Positions 12,266-22,707 of a stretch of 64,000 nt of DNA are shown here, in pieces. Within the stretch, counting starts at the first letter, position 1. Each line of letters begins with the position of its first letter. The notes below the pieces were generated by a model. That model searched no databases. It had not been told where the DNA came from and saw nothing but the letters and a program-made list of their open reading frames with translations. The DNA comes from Balanoglossus misakiensis (lineage: Eukaryota; Animalia; Hemichordata). The position numbers and the translations under genes are program-made. The stretch lies in assembly GCA_040954595.2 (NCBI GenBank), contig CM082585.2, positions 1,828,902-1,892,901 on the forward strand, given 5' to 3'.

Positions 12266-13341
12266 GTATGTGTGTATTTGCATACTATAAAATTGTACAT
12301 ACTTGTAAACAGGAAAAGGAGTTCTTCATTTGAGCAGGGGAAAGTTGGTCAACGTCACTGTTTGGTCGCAGGGTAGGCTTTTAGCAGCTAGTCCGTAATG
12401 ATCAGTAAAATCGAAAGTAACGTTATGTCTTCAATTTTGGATTATTGGCTTCTCATGTCACTGCGTTTGCTTTTGAAATACAAGGCCATGAATTTTGTTG
12501 ATAATTGAGGAAAATTGCTGAGTCAGCATATTCAGTGAGGGTGTATCTATGGGCGAAACACTTGTAAAGTTTATCTAAAAAAAATACAGTGACCAAACGA
12601 TATTTGATGGATGCATTTATTTCTATTTGATTGAGCTATGTGTAATATTTCATAGAAATAGTAGAAGTGAGTTTTCTAGGTATTCTCAATGTAATTATAT
12701 GGGAAAAGTCATAGGCACAAACCTTTTCCAGTTTTGAAGTTTGTTTTAAACTTGGTAGTTTCAGAGTAGATAGAGGGTACGTTCAACTTTCCAGACTAAA
12801 TTTGTCAGGTGAAGTGTGTGGTTTCAAAAGGTTCAACTGGAAAAGATTTATGTGGGAAAGTTTTATTTGATATGGAACTTTGTAGAAAGGTGAGGTTTGT
12901 AGGTGATATAATTTCAATGTTGCAATGAGCTTTCGAATGATTGTGAAACATGAGTGTAAGACAATGTTATGGCAGGCCAACCCTGTGCCGCTAGTAGTTT
13001 TTGATGAGGTGGCGTGACAATAGCCATGTTACTAATTTGTGCAATGTCTTTGTCCACATGTGATATACAAATATTATGCAAGTAGCTAAATTTTGCAAAA
13101 TGTATTGAAATTACAACAAATTTATACAAAAGCTTAATTGAACACATTTGCAATGTAAATACTAGTGATAGTACTTATATGTACATGATATACACAAAAC
13201 CAATTTGAATATGACGCAAAATTGACCTGTCATTGGCTCTCATTGTCATAGTACTCATCAGGGGTCAAATAAGGACATGTGATGGAAATTAAAGGTAACT
13301 GTATTTTCTAATTGTCGCTTATCTTGTTTATTTTTAAACAG

Positions 13342-14244
13342 GCTGATGGACCAATCATATCAGCTGGGTCTGATTCTGGTTTGGGTGGATCCAGTAAAGT
13401 AAAACACCCTGTGCTACAAGGAACATTCAAGAAGTCAGATTCGTACGGCAATGCCAATAACAATACATCAATATCGTCAAGCATAGAACCATACAGCAAT
13501 AATATGTCTACATCTTCAAGTACCATTATCAAAAGTTTTAATGCCACTCAATCAGTTACAACCTTCAATAAGAATTCTTCGACCAGTGTGTCAAATCAAA
13601 ATTCCTCTTGTGTATACTACAGTGCAAATGATGCACATGACAAACAAGAATTATACTCCTCTCACAATAGTCACACTTTACACTGGGAAAGTTACACAAT
13701 AGACAGTGTACTCCAAGGTAGTTTTCATCAAGGCAATGATATTTTCAGCATAAATTCACGAGGTAGACAATGTACTTGTAATGCCCTTGCTTTCCTTTGC
13801 ATATCAAAAGAAAGAGAGATGACATTGACATCTAATGACTTAGATCACATTTTACATGCTGGTGATAATTTATACATTAAAACCACAAATGACCTCAGAG
13901 CAAGTAATAAATTATTTTCTGAAATACTAATGTGTGATGAATTGCCAAATACTGTTCACATGAATTCTGTGCAGTTCAATATTACACAAGGAAGACTGTA
14001 CTTTGGTATGTTAGACTGTATGTCTGACTATGATGAACAAGGATGTATGGTGTTCAGAGATGCTATGATTAACATGTTCAATTCTAGTAACTCAGTTATG
14101 TTAATACTTGGTGGCTACAGCATGGCCCTTTCTGCAACAGATGGCAAATACTTCGTATTTGATTCTCATAGTCGAAACTCACATGGTTTCCAATGTTCTG
14201 ACGGTTCAAGTATGGTATTGAGTTTTCCGACTCTAAATGATTAA
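13342..14244 (+). CDS. Herpesvirus large-tegument-like (peptidase C76/VTD-type) cysteine protease / deubiquitinase domain, N-terminal part of the Helentron polyprotein
   Basis: Motifs VLQGSFHQG...SRGRQCTCNAL (catalytic Cys), DLDHILHAGDNLY and YFVFDSHSR (Asp-x-His). Same frame as the 14254 ORF, separated by a single TAA. Confidence 0.8.
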   Translation, partial: ADGPIISAGSDSGLGGSSKVKHPVLQGTFKKSDSYGNANNNTSISSSIEPYSNNMSTSSSTIIKSFNATQSVTTFNKNSSTSVSNQNSSCVYYSANDAHDKQELYSSHNSHTLHWESYTIDSVLQGSFHQGNDIFSINSRGRQCTCNALAFLCISKEREMTLTSNDLDHILHAGDNLYIKTTNDLRASNKLFSEILMCDELPNTVHMNSVQFNITQGRLYFGMLDCMSDYDEQGCMVFRDAMINMFNSSNSVMLILGGYSMALSATDGKYFVFDSHSRNSHGFQCSDGSSMVLSFPTLND

Positions 14245-14253
14245 ACAAACTAT

Positions 14254-17200
14254 TTGTATTCATTATTTCATAACCTTAACTTCAATAACATGACACCTTA
14301 TGAACTTCAAGAATTAACCATTCATATAGAGAGTTCATCTTCTCAGAGACTGTATCAACGGACTCAAAGGCATTCAGACCTGTTAGACAACTATTTCGAG
14401 TCACAAAAACAATTACAAGCTAATAAACAGTGTATGCAAACTTCTAATACCATTGATGCACTTCCATCAGGTTCATGTAGAAGAAAATCAAGAAAGGTAT
14501 ATGACAGAGAATACAAACGGTTGAAAAGACAGGATCCTTCATTTAAAACCAATGAAAGAAAGAGAGACAAGGAGAGGAAATGTGCACAAAGACAAAATCC
14601 TGACTTCAAAGAGAGAGAAAAGTCAAAAGTGCAAGCACATATAAAGACATTGCGCCAGAATGTAGAATACAGAGACAGAGAAAAGTTATCTCAACAATAT
14701 CAAAAAAGAACAATACGTGCAAACCCACAATATAGAAAGAGAGAAAAGGAAAAATTGCAATCACACATACAAATCCTGCGTCAAAATCCTTCATTCCAAG
14801 AGAAAGAGAAGGTGAAATTAAACTCACACAAGCAAACTCTGCGTCAAAATCCTGTATTCCGAGAGAAAGAGAAGGTCAAATTGAAATCACGCATTTACAC
14901 TCTGCGTCAAAATCCTGTATTCCGAGAGACAGAAAAGGTGAAATTAAACTCACACAAGCAAACTCTGCGTCAAAATCCTGTATTCCGAGAGAAAGAGAAG
15001 GTCAAATTAAAATCACGCATTAACACTCTGCGTCAAAATCCTGCATTCCGAGAGAAAGAGAAGGTGAAATTAAACTCACACAAGCAAACTCTGCGTCAAA
15101 ATCCTGTATTCCGAGAGAAAGAGAAGGTCAAATTGAAATCACGCATTAACACTCTGCGTCAAAATCCTGCATTCCGAGAGAAAGAAAAGGTGAAATTAAA
15201 CTCACACAAGCAAACTCTGCGTCAAAATCCTGCATTCCGAGAGAAAGAAAAGGTGAAATTAAACTCACACAAGCAAACTCTGCGTCAAAATCCTGCATTC
15301 CGAGAGAAAGAAAAGGTGAAATTTAAAGCACACATTAAAACTTTGCGTCAAAATCCTGCATTCCGAGAAAAAGAAAAGCCAAAACTGAAAGAACACATTA
15401 AAAGTCTGCGTCAAAATTCCACATTTCGACAAAATGAGAAAATACAGTCACAGGCACGTATCAAGACTTCACGCAAAAGTAAAACCTTCAAAGAGCACGA
15501 AAACAAAAAGCAACAGATCTACAGAAAAATGAAGAGACAGGATAGAAACTTCAGAAAAAAAGAAAACTTACAAAAGAAGTTTGTGAAATGCAGTGAAAAA
15601 ATTCAAACATTTCAAATTGACAAAAAACAACATGTTACACACAATGGTTTTAGCAAACATAGAGGTTTTGAGACCCGACAATTATGCGGGGAATCGTTGC
15701 AGGCATGCATAAATATATTTCATAGAACTGTATCACAAGGCCCTGTCTATGTCTGCTCATCATGTCATCAAACTTGGTTCAGAAAATCTGTTACTCCTGC
15801 TGCCAAATTATCTGAACGAGGCATTGCATCAAAATGTTTGACTGCATACACTTCTGTTGACAATATAGAGTGGGTGTGTAACACATGCTACAGATCCATA
15901 TCTGCTGGTAAAATCCCCAGATTGTCTATAGCTAATAATGTTAATTTCCCTGATATTCCACCACAGTTACAGTTGCACCCTTTGGAAGAAAGATTGATAG
16001 CACTCAGAATTCCATTCATGCATATGTGCAGTTTGCCACGTGGAGGTCAAAGGTCATTATCTGGTCCGGTAGTCAATATTCCAACAGATATCACCCCTAC
16101 TGTTAATGCTCTGCCAAGAATGCTAGATGATTCAGCTACTATACCAGTCAAACTGAAACGAAAACTATCGTACACGCGAAGTGAATTTACAGAAAATATT
16201 CGACCAAATAAAGTGATGGCAGCACTTGTGTGGCTCATGAAAAACAGTGTTTTGTACCAAAATTCAGGTATTCCAATTAATCACAACTGGTCTCAGGAAT
16301 TTGAAAACACAGATAATGATATGGCTGTATTTATTGAAAATACAAACACTGAACAAGAGCAAGCTGATGATCCTGAATCTGAATCAGATTCTGATTCTGA
16401 TAAATTCAGTGAGGTTGATCCAGCAGAGGGAGCTGTTGCTAATATGGACACTTTACTTGATGATTCAGATTATCGTAATCAAATTTTAACATTTGCCCCT
16501 GGTGAAGGTCAACGCCCTCTTAGTCTGTTCAATGATACAGATGCAGAATATCTAGCCTTTCCAACTATATTCTGTGGACAACGCAGAAATATTGATCAAA
16601 TCCACACCTCAAATGTACATTACAGTGATGTTTGTAAATGGGAATTGCGTAATGTTGATAGACGCGTTGCAAACTCTGTACCAAATATGTTTTTCAAAGT
16701 GAAGAAACTGCAGTTAAAACAGATCAGTAGTAAAGTCCACCTTGCATTGAGACGATGTAAAACTGAAGGCAGAACTTACAAAGTTGCAGATTTATTAAAT
16801 CCAGAAAGAGTAAGTGATTTACTTAGACTTGATGACGGATTTTACATATTCAGAGATTTGCGCAATTCACCACCCTATCTAGAAAAGAGGAAGAAAGATG
16901 TATTTGCAATGATTAGACAACTTGGTTTACCAACATGGTTTTGTTCTCTGTCTAGTGCTGACACAAAGTGGATTGACTTACATCAAATACTGGGTACACT
17001 TGTAGATGGTAAGAAATATACTGCTGATGAACTTAAAGCCATGGATTGGGCTACAAAGTCCAGGTTACTTCAATCTGACCCAGTGACATGTGCTCGTTTC
17101 TTTGACCACAGAATTCATGAATTCATCAATACAGTACTTAGAGGTCCATGTGATCCATTGGGCAAAATCACTGATTACTTCTACAGAGTGGAATTTCAAC

Positions 17201-20200
17201 AACGTGGCTCACCACACATCCATATGCTAATGTGGATTGAGAATGCACCAAATTATCAACAAAACACACCAACAGAAGTGATTGATTTCATTGACATATA
17301 TGTATCTTGTTCTTCCAATGTACCAAGTGAAATGGCTGAAGTATTGAATCTGCAGACACATAAGCACTCTAAGACATGCCGAGTAAAAGGCAAACCTGTA
17401 TGTCGTTTTGGATACCCAATGCCTCCTATGTCAGAAACAATGATTCTCTCACCATTAAATGCTGATCCAGATGAAGAACAACATTACAAACAGAAATATG
17501 AAGAAATCAAACAAAAACTGGATGATATGAAAGAAGGCAAACCAATATCATATGATGACTTCCTATCTACTGAGCTGCAAATCAGTCATGATGAATACAT
17601 AAAATGCATTCAGAGTTCACTCAAAACTACCACAATATTTCTCAAAAGAGAACCAAGTGATTTACGTGTCAATGCCTACATGAAATTATTATTGTCTGCA
17701 TGGGGAGCAAATCATGATCTACAGTTTGTTTTAGATCCATACGCCTGTGCCATGTACATTGTATCCTATATCAGTAAATCCCAAAGAGGCATGAGTGCAT
17801 TACTTGACCAAGCATGCAAAGAAGCCAGAAAAGGCAATATGGAACTGAAAGCACAGGTCAGACATATTGGAAATAAATTCCTTAACAATGTAGAAATCAG
17901 TGCACAAGAGGCTGCTTACATCATCCTGCAGTTGTCACTTACTAAAGCTACAAGACAAGTGGTATTTATAAACACATCACCACCTGATCAAAGAACATTC
18001 CTGCTCAAAAGCAAAACTGCCCTTGAAAATACACCAGCAGAATCTACTGACATAGAAAGTGACAATCTAATCAAACGTTATGCTAGACGGCCAAAAGCAT
18101 TAGAAAATTGGTGTCTTGCAGATTATGCATCTAAACTTAGAGTCACATATTCAACCAAATGCACTGATAATTATCCACAAGATATAAATGATGATGATCA
18201 TGATGACCCTGATTTAGGTGTGGACTCAGAATCTGACAATATGACAAGTAAAATAAATATCATTCTCAAAAATGGTATGAAAATACAAGAACGTGTAAAT
18301 CCGTGTATAATACGCTATGTCAATTATAGTAAGAAAGTTGACTATGAAAATTACTGTCGTGAAAAATTGTTGCTGTACATGCCATGGAGAAATGAAAGCT
18401 CTGACCTTCTAAACAGTTGTGCCACCTTTCAAGAATCTTATAATCATAACAAACACATTATTGCACAAACCATAGATAAGTATGAACATAATTCAGAGTT
18501 GATAGATCAAGCCACTACAGCTGCAGAGCAACTTGATAATGATGATTTAAATGCATTTGATCAGATTGCTCCAAATACGCAACATGCTGAGAGAGATGAT
18601 CTAGAAGAAGGAACTACTACACCAAATGATCATTTCATATACTTTCAACCTGATGACCAACCAGAACATACCACTTATGATATAGGTGTTGACATTGGTA
18701 TGAATACGACTGTCACCACTGATGACACCAGCAACGTCCCAGGACGTATCCCTGATGAACAATATCACAAACTTGTGAGATCTCTCAATGTAAAACAAAG
18801 GGAAATATTTCATCATGTTTTGAAATCAGTCAAGACAAATCATGATCCAATGCATATATTTATCACAGGGGGTGCTGGTACAGGAAAGTCAGTTGTAATC
18901 CGAGCAATATATCAGGCATTACATCGCTATCTGTGTTCAATTGCTGGTGAATCACCACTCGACTGTCGTTTATTGTTATGTGCGCCAACTGGTAAAGCAG
19001 CCTATCATATCAATGGTAGTACTATTCATGCAGCTTTCAAAGTACCTGCAAGTCAAGGTTATAAATACAAACCACTGGATAGCGATAAACTTAATACTTT
19101 GCGAAGTAAATATCAACATTTATCAGTTGTAATCATTGATGAAATCAGCATGGTAGGCCATGAGCTTTTAAATTTCATAAATCTCCGACTTCAACAAATA
19201 AAAGGTAACAATCAAGTATTTGGTGGTGTTTCAATGATAACTGTTGGTGATTTATTTCAACTCAAACCAGTAATGGATGGCTGGATATTCAAAGACCTAA
19301 CAAAAGAGTATGGCCCATTAGCAACTAATCTGTGGAAAGAACATTTCACCATGCATGAACTAACACAGATCATGAGACAGAAAGATGATGAAGACTTTGC
19401 TCAACTATTGAATAGATTGAGAGAAGGGAGGCACACAGATGAAGATATTTCTGAATTGCAAAACTATGTAATATCTCATGATCAACCACTCAACGAGTCC
19501 ATTCCTCATTTATACACCACCAATGCAATGGTAGAGTCACATAATGATAAAGTTTACCAAAATGCTACATCCCATAAACTTGTTGTACCAGCACTGGACA
19601 CAGTTATTGGTGATGTCTCACAACAAGTGAAAGCACAGCTTTTGAAGACCATTCCAAAAGATCCATCCAAAACATGCGGTTTATTATCACAAGCACCTAT
19701 AGCTGTTGGACTGCGATATGATCTCACTGCCAATGTTGATGTTGAGGATGGTATGACAAATGGTGCCAGTTGTGTAGTGCAACAAATAGACCACAGAATG
19801 ACAGGAACATCAAACAACCGCCCCAGTATAATTTGGGTTCAATTTGATGATAAAAATGTTGGTCTATTAAGAAGACATAAATACAAACATTTGCATCAAC
19901 CAGAAATTGGTAAACAATTGACTCCAATATTTGACATTAAACGCCAGTTTCCTACCAGTAAATATTACAAACATGTATCTGTCATGAGAATTCAATTTCC
20001 ACTTAGACCGTCTGCTGCAAAAACTATTCACAAATCTCAGGGTGATACACTTGATAAGGTAATAATCCATATGGGTACAAGAAAAATTGACCATATACAT
20101 TATGTCGCAATAAGTAGAGTGCGTACAATAAGTGGACTTCAGATACTGGAGTTGAATAAAAATAAAATCGCAATATCTGAAGCAGTTCACAATGAAATGA

Positions 20201-20943
20201 AAAGACTCCGTGATGACAGCCAACTTCAATTATGCTTCAAACCATTATATGCCCTCCCTCATGACCACTGCAAAGTAGTATATCAAAACGCTAGATCACT
20301 CCATAAACATTTTGCAGATTTATGCAGTGACCACAATATAATTGCTGCTGATGTTATCGGAATTGCTGAATCCAGATTAACAACTAATGATACCAATGAA
20401 GCCTACAATCTCCCAAATTATCTACTATTCAGGAATGACCAAGATGTGCATATTGACAACACTGCTGTAAATTTCACAAGACCCTATCATGGTCTTGTAT
20501 TGTATGTCAAAGATTCATATCAAGTGATTCATATCAAGTGCCATTCAACAAAAGTGTTCGAATTTATAAAAGCCAACATCCTAATTCAAAATAAACTACT
20601 TCAAATCATTATGATCTATAAATCCCCTCAGTGCACAATCCACACATTCAAACAACAATTTCAACAGTATCTCCTGCCACTACTAGATTTGACAAAACCA
20701 ATATTAATAATGGGTGACTTTAATTTTGACATTCTACTACCTAATACCAGTACTGCTTTCCTCCACTTTATGACATCAATTTGTAACTGTCGGCAACTAA
20801 TAAAGGAAGAAACAACTGATCAGCATTCTGCTCTGGACTTAATTTTTCTTAACTTCTTCACAACTACCTATGACACAATAGAAAACTCATGGTCTGATCA
20901 CAAGGCCGTGTATGCAGCCATTCACCCCAGCCAATTCACTTGA
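14254..20943 (+). CDS. Helentron RepHel-EN protein (21-aa repeats, Cys-rich Zn region, HUH Rep, PIF1-family SF1B helicase, APE-type endonuclease)
   Basis: Zn: CSSCHQ...CNTC. Rep: PTWFCSLS, YRVEFQQRGSPHIHMLMW, YIVSYISK. Helicase: GGAGTGKS, IIDEISMV, GDLFQLKPV, TIHKSQG, YVAISR. Endonuclease: YQNARSL, IAESRL, MGDFN, LDLIF, SDH. Confidence 0.96.
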   Translation: MYSLFHNLNFNNMTPYELQELTIHIESSSSQRLYQRTQRHSDLLDNYFESQKQLQANKQCMQTSNTIDALPSGSCRRKSRKVYDREYKRLKRQDPSFKTNERKRDKERKCAQRQNPDFKEREKSKVQAHIKTLRQNVEYRDREKLSQQYQKRTIRANPQYRKREKEKLQSHIQILRQNPSFQEKEKVKLNSHKQTLRQNPVFREKEKVKLKSRIYTLRQNPVFRETEKVKLNSHKQTLRQNPVFREKEKVKLKSRINTLRQNPAFREKEKVKLNSHKQTLRQNPVFREKEKVKLKSRINTLRQNPAFREKEKVKLNSHKQTLRQNPAFREKEKVKLNSHKQTLRQNPAFREKEKVKFKAHIKTLRQNPAFREKEKPKLKEHIKSLRQNSTFRQNEKIQSQARIKTSRKSKTFKEHENKKQQIYRKMKRQDRNFRKKENLQKKFVKCSEKIQTFQIDKKQHVTHNGFSKHRGFETRQLCGESLQACINIFHRTVSQGPVYVCSSCHQTWFRKSVTPAAKLSERGIASKCLTAYTSVDNIEWVCNTCYRSISAGKIPRLSIANNVNFPDIPPQLQLHPLEERLIALRIPFMHMCSLPRGGQRSLSGPVVNIPTDITPTVNALPRMLDDSATIPVKLKRKLSYTRSEFTENIRPNKVMAALVWLMKNSVLYQNSGIPINHNWSQEFENTDNDMAVFIENTNTEQEQADDPESESDSDSDKFSEVDPAEGAVANMDTLLDDSDYRNQILTFAPGEGQRPLSLFNDTDAEYLAFPTIFCGQRRNIDQIHTSNVHYSDVCKWELRNVDRRVANSVPNMFFKVKKLQLKQISSKVHLALRRCKTEGRTYKVADLLNPERVSDLLRLDDGFYIFRDLRNSPPYLEKRKKDVFAMIRQLGLPTWFCSLSSADTKWIDLHQILGTLVDGKKYTADELKAMDWATKSRLLQSDPVTCARFFDHRIHEFINTVLRGPCDPLGKITDYFYRVEFQQRGSPHIHMLMWIENAPNYQQNTPTEVIDFIDIYVSCSSNVPSEMAEVLNLQTHKHSKTCRVKGKPVCRFGYPMPPMSETMILSPLNADPDEEQHYKQKYEEIKQKLDDMKEGKPISYDDFLSTELQISHDEYIKCIQSSLKTTTIFLKREPSDLRVNAYMKLLLSAWGANHDLQFVLDPYACAMYIVSYISKSQRGMSALLDQACKEARKGNMELKAQVRHIGNKFLNNVEISAQEAAYIILQLSLTKATRQVVFINTSPPDQRTFLLKSKTALENTPAESTDIESDNLIKRYARRPKALENWCLADYASKLRVTYSTKCTDNYPQDINDDDHDDPDLGVDSESDNMTSKINIILKNGMKIQERVNPCIIRYVNYSKKVDYENYCREKLLLYMPWRNESSDLLNSCATFQESYNHNKHIIAQTIDKYEHNSELIDQATTAAEQLDNDDLNAFDQIAPNTQHAERDDLEEGTTTPNDHFIYFQPDDQPEHTTYDIGVDIGMNTTVTTDDTSNVPGRIPDEQYHKLVRSLNVKQREIFHHVLKSVKTNHDPMHIFITGGAGTGKSVVIRAIYQALHRYLCSIAGESPLDCRLLLCAPTGKAAYHINGSTIHAAFKVPASQGYKYKPLDSDKLNTLRSKYQHLSVVIIDEISMVGHELLNFINLRLQQIKGNNQVFGGVSMITVGDLFQLKPVMDGWIFKDLTKEYGPLATNLWKEHFTMHELTQIMRQKDDEDFAQLLNRLREGRHTDEDISELQNYVISHDQPLNESIPHLYTTNAMVESHNDKVYQNATSHKLVVPALDTVIGDVSQQVKAQLLKTIPKDPSKTCGLLSQAPIAVGLRYDLTANVDVEDGMTNGASCVVQQIDHRMTGTSNNRPSIIWVQFDDKNVGLLRRHKYKHLHQPEIGKQLTPIFDIKRQFPTSKYYKHVSVMRIQFPLRPSAAKTIHKSQGDTLDKVIIHMGTRKIDHIHYVAISRVRTISGLQILELNKNKIAISEAVHNEMKRLRDDSQLQLCFKPLYALPHDHCKVVYQNARSLHKHFADLCSDHNIIAADVIGIAESRLTTNDTNEAYNLPNYLLFRNDQDVHIDNTAVNFTRPYHGLVLYVKDSYQVIHIKCHSTKVFEFIKANILIQNKLLQIIMIYKSPQCTIHTFKQQFQQYLLPLLDLTKPILIMGDFNFDILLPNTSTAFLHFMTSICNCRQLIKEETTDQHSALDLIFLNFFTTTYDTIENSWSDHKAVYAAIHPSQFT
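14776..15420 (+). repeat. Coding 63-bp (21-aa) tandem repeat LRQNP(V/A)FREKEKVKL(NSHKQT/KSRINT)
   Basis: 'ctgcgtcaaaatcctg' recurs every 63 nt (~10 conserved units); more diverged units extend ~14520-15570. Confidence 0.95.
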
Positions 20944-21039
20944 AATTAATCAGTGTTAGATTATAGACATAATCATAAAAGACAACACATAAGAATTAAA
21001 TGACAACAGCAGATTTCAAATACACTTATTTCCCATATT

Positions 21040-21385
21040 ACATACATGTATGAGTCAATATGTGCAATTATTGCTACACCACAAACCATTATTACCAAGT
21101 GTCAGTACCAACATGCCAACGTACAACATTCACAAAGGACAGTACACCACTGCTAGATTTCATCTATGTCAATAAACCAGTGTTCATTATCGGGGACTTC
21201 AATGGTGACATATCTTTGCCCACCCACAGCAATGGGTACTTTGAAATGTCAACAACTTAATGAAGAAACAACAGACTACCATTTTGCATTAGTTCTTATA
21301 CTTGCCAATATACCACATATCAAAAGTGGCACCTTGAAAAACATTTGGTCAAAACTATACATGCTGCTGTCACACTTAATGAAAA
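21040..21385 (+). pseudogene. Degenerate second copy of the endonuclease C-terminal half
   Basis: Frameshifted fragments PLLDFIYVNKPVFIIGDFNGDISLP and EETTDYHFALVLIL...NIWS resemble PLLDLTKPILIMGDFNFDILLP and EETTDQHSALDLIF...NSWS at the end of the main ORF. Confidence 0.75.
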
Positions 21386-22707
21386 CAACCTGACAACAAC
21401 ATTACTGTGTCCATCATTGCAATGACAACTGCCCTGTCACATTACCAGTTTATTTACATAATCGGTATCTCCCCCTATACACCAAAACGGCACCATTTTA
21501 TTGCTAACATGTGGTACACATCTCATCACATTGACAGATTACGAACAAACATCCTGTCGGTCATGCACAACCGGAAATGTTTTTCAGAACCCTGGAGCAA
21601 TCGACTTCCTTGGCTTTGAACATGTAAACACGTTCTGTTTTCATCTGCACGCTGGCGGTTACGTCATATTTGTAAACAATACACACGTGTTCCTTTGCGA
21701 AACTGTCTTTGTCGGCAATTTCTGTGTATTACTATTGGTGCAAATCCATTGTGTCCGTCAATTATTAAATTTTTCACGCGTCGTCTTCGGAAAGTCCACT
21801 CATACACTTCTGCGAGCTCACCGCATTCGCTCCCTGACTCCTGAAACTACAACATCGCGTCGCTTTCAACTTTCCAGCGCACATCGGTCATCGTACCACA
21901 CTTTCCCACCTTTTTCATCCAGAACAACAAGCCGCACAGACTATATCCACACAGTCTAGTTCACCGCAAGTACCACACTCACACAGTAAGTTATACTTTA
22001 TTTTTTATTTCCTTGCTTTGGTTCATTATGCCACACTGTGTACGAAAAATTCACGGGTGCTTAATCTACAGTGAAAGCCAACTCCATTGGTCAAATACCG
22101 CGGGACATTTCAAAGCCCCACCATTTGACCTACCACCCCACTGTCGTTTCGTTCAACGTCAACAAAATATCGGTACGCCAATTGGCTCTCTTTGGAATAT
22201 TCATAACCAGACAATTACGTCTGCAAAGCTCGGCCCATGCACTGCTCTCCGTACATTACAAAATCTGTCGTTCAGTTTTCCCCCAAAAAAGCTGTACACA
22301 CATTCGCAACTGTTAACTGACGCAACACACGAACAAGTTTTGCCAATTGGCGCAAACATCCGCCGTGTCTCATTTTCAACAATACGCTTGTACTACTGTT
22401 CTCCAGTTAACAGCACTCATTGCGCCCATTTCAAAGTTTTTGGTGACCCGTGTGAATTCTTCGATACATTACAATTGGTAATTTCATTTGAACATCAACT
22501 ACCAGAGACTCTTCATTCTGAAACTTTCAATGCAAACCTGATCGCTGATGAGACCCTCACGTCTGATTTGTGGCAACTACATGCCAATCTATTAATCCTT
22601 TCGTTTGGCGTTTTCCCCTTGATGATATAGTTTCCACCATCATGTACATTCAACCACTGATCGTGAAACCACAGTCTTATAATTTCACCTTTGTTTCTTC
22701 CGTACAG

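Noticed and set aside
13342-14244. Endogenous herpesvirus fragment
   Set aside because: Only the protease-like domain is present, in frame with RepHel; no capsid, terminase or polymerase genes seen.
14254-20943. Host PIF1 helicase gene or LINE endonuclease
   Set aside because: Helicase and APE domain are fused to an HUH Rep inside Helentron termini, and there is no RT in this ORF.
21407-22630. ORFs of 152 and 205 aa between the endonuclease and the RPA-like gene
   Set aside because: Non-ATG starts and no recognisable motifs; more likely promoter, 5' UTR or intron of the RPA-like gene.
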